A stretch of DNA of 61,952 nt, the filler included. It is 3 parts of 3 records of this genome, joined end to end, with 100 filler letters (N's around TTAATTAATTAA, not from the genome) between each part and the next. Parts side by side here need not be neighbours in the genome. Positions count along the whole stretch, not along the records: positions 50,201 to 61,952 come from DRR378314_1233; 2 more parts are not named here. One strand, written 5' to 3'. The position numbers were made by a program, and so were the translations under genes. The notes below the pieces were generated by a model. That model searched no databases. It had not been told where the DNA came from and saw nothing but the letters and a program-made list of their open reading frames with translations. Numbering within the stretch: the first letter of the stretch is position 1; each line of letters starts with the position of its first letter. Shown here one piece after another: positions 60,569-61,952 of the stretch.

Positions 60569-60608
60569 TCCCTGGTTCTTTAAACCACTAAAAAGCCAGG
60601 GGTTTTTT
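60569..60608 (+). terminator. Intrinsic terminator after ppdK
   Basis: CCCTGG...CCAGGG stem followed by TTTTTT. Confidence 0.65.
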
Positions 60609-60655
60609 GTTTACGGTGGGAATGGACTATCTTAATCCTCTAAAATTCAACCACC

Positions 60656-61952
60656 ATGACCAAATTTTCCATTCTTATTTGCTGCTGTTTCGTATTGCTG
60701 ATTTCCTGCGAAGCCACTGAGAGATCAAAATTCCGCATAGCTGTAAGTTTTGATGAAGCTGTGAGTCCAGAAAGTAAAGACGGACGATTGCTGCTAATGC
60801 TCTCATCGGACGATAGCAAAGAGCCCCGTTTCCAAATTAGTGAAGGATTGCATACCCAGCTTGTTTTTGGAATGAATGTGGAGAATATGGCGCCCGGGGA
60901 ATCCATCACTTTTGATGAATCGGTTTTTGGCTATCCCTACCCAAGTCTGGAAAATGTTCCACCAGGGGAATACAATGCCCAGGCCCTATTGCACGTATAT
61001 GAAACATTTAACTTATCCACGGGCCACACCGTAAAACTGCCCATGGACAATGGTGAAGGACAACATTGGAACACATCTCCCGGTAATTTATACAGTAAAC
61101 CGTTCAAAATAACGGTTGGTGAAACCGGAATTGAAAATGTTTCATTGGTAATGAATCAAGAAATTCCACCCATTCCAGAACCTGAGGATACCGAATGGAT
61201 AAAGCATATAAAAATCAAATCGGAAAAATTATCGGAATTCTACGGAAGGGATATGTATTTGGGTGCACACGTGTTACTGCCCAAAGGTTTTAACGAACAT
61301 CCAGAGGCCAAATATCCACTAATGGTCTTCCATGGGCACTTCCCAAGTGATTTTGGTGGCTTTCGTACTACACCGCCCGATCCCAATTTAGAACCGGAAT
61401 ATTCCGCACGTTTTGATCTAGAGGGCTACAACATCATTCAACAACAAGAAGCCTATGACTTTTATAAAAGGTGGAATGAACCGGATTTCCCGCGCTTTCT
61501 CATTATAGAAATTCAACACCCTACCCCCTATTATGATGATTCCTATGCAGTAAATTCTGCCAGTCAGGGTCCATACGGAGATGCTATTACCTACGAACTG
61601 ATTCCAGAAATTGAAAAACAGTTCAGTGGAATGGGCGAAGGGTGGTCACGCTTTCTATACGGAGGTTCTACCGGAGGTTGGGAAGCTTTAGCCGTGCAGG
61701 TTAAATATCCGGAGGAATACAACGGTTGTTTCGCCGCTTGTCCCGACCCCATCGATTTTAGGGCCTATTGCCTCACCAATATTTATGAGGACGATAATGC
61801 TTACTATTACGACTCGGAACACAAGCAGCTAGAAGTTCCTTCTCATAGGAACTATTTGGGAGATATTCAATCCACTTTGAGGCAGGGCAACCATTTGGAA
61901 CTGGTATTGGGCGATAAATCCAGATCTGGACAGCAATGGGATATTTGGGAAG
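60656..61952 (+). CDS. Putative lipoprotein esterase (alpha/beta hydrolase), 3'-partial
   Basis: The open frame runs to the window end. It has a lipobox-like LLISC and the nucleophile motif YGGSTGGWEALA. Confidence 0.8.
   Translation, partial: MTKFSILICCCFVLLISCEATERSKFRIAVSFDEAVSPESKDGRLLLMLSSDDSKEPRFQISEGLHTQLVFGMNVENMAPGESITFDESVFGYPYPSLENVPPGEYNAQALLHVYETFNLSTGHTVKLPMDNGEGQHWNTSPGNLYSKPFKITVGETGIENVSLVMNQEIPPIPEPEDTEWIKHIKIKSEKLSEFYGRDMYLGAHVLLPKGFNEHPEAKYPLMVFHGHFPSDFGGFRTTPPDPNLEPEYSARFDLEGYNIIQQQEAYDFYKRWNEPDFPRFLIIEIQHPTPYYDDSYAVNSASQGPYGDAITYELIPEIEKQFSGMGEGWSRFLYGGSTGGWEALAVQVKYPEEYNGCFAACPDPIDFRAYCLTNIYEDDNAYYYDSEHKQLEVPSHRNYLGDIQSTLRQGNHLELVLGDKSRSGQQWDIWE

Overview
This window is not one locus. 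It is three contigs joined by artificial 100-nt linkers (44 N + TTAATTAATTAA + 44 N at 23534-23633 and 50101-50200). Contigs 1 and 2 (1-23533, 23634-50100) are GC-rich, gene-dense eukaryotic (protist-like) DNA with GT-AG introns. They encode a Rab5/21-family GTPase, a possible FABP/calycin-like protein, an AP2-domain factor, BolA, proteasome Rpn3, an EF-hand two-pore channel, an ABC-transporter membrane domain, a DHH/DHHA1 phosphoesterase, CEP19, a tandem-C2 protein and a DOCK GEF whose usual SH3 is replaced by an intact ArfGAP plus WW domain. Contig 3 (50201-61952) is AT-rich Flavobacteriaceae-type DNA. It carries the end of a probable island at tRNA-Arg(TCT), with a degenerate-MNT/HEPN protein whose C-terminal ~100-aa domain recurs as three tandem stand-alone paralogues, opposite an XRE regulator with a palindromic operator. 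Core genes follow: a TIM-barrel isomerase, YceI-porin-YceI, ppdK and a partial esterase. The best novelty candidates are the HEPN + four-copy domain array and the ArfGAP-WW-DOCK fusion. Exon models were read by eye and all family calls come from motif recognition, not database searches.
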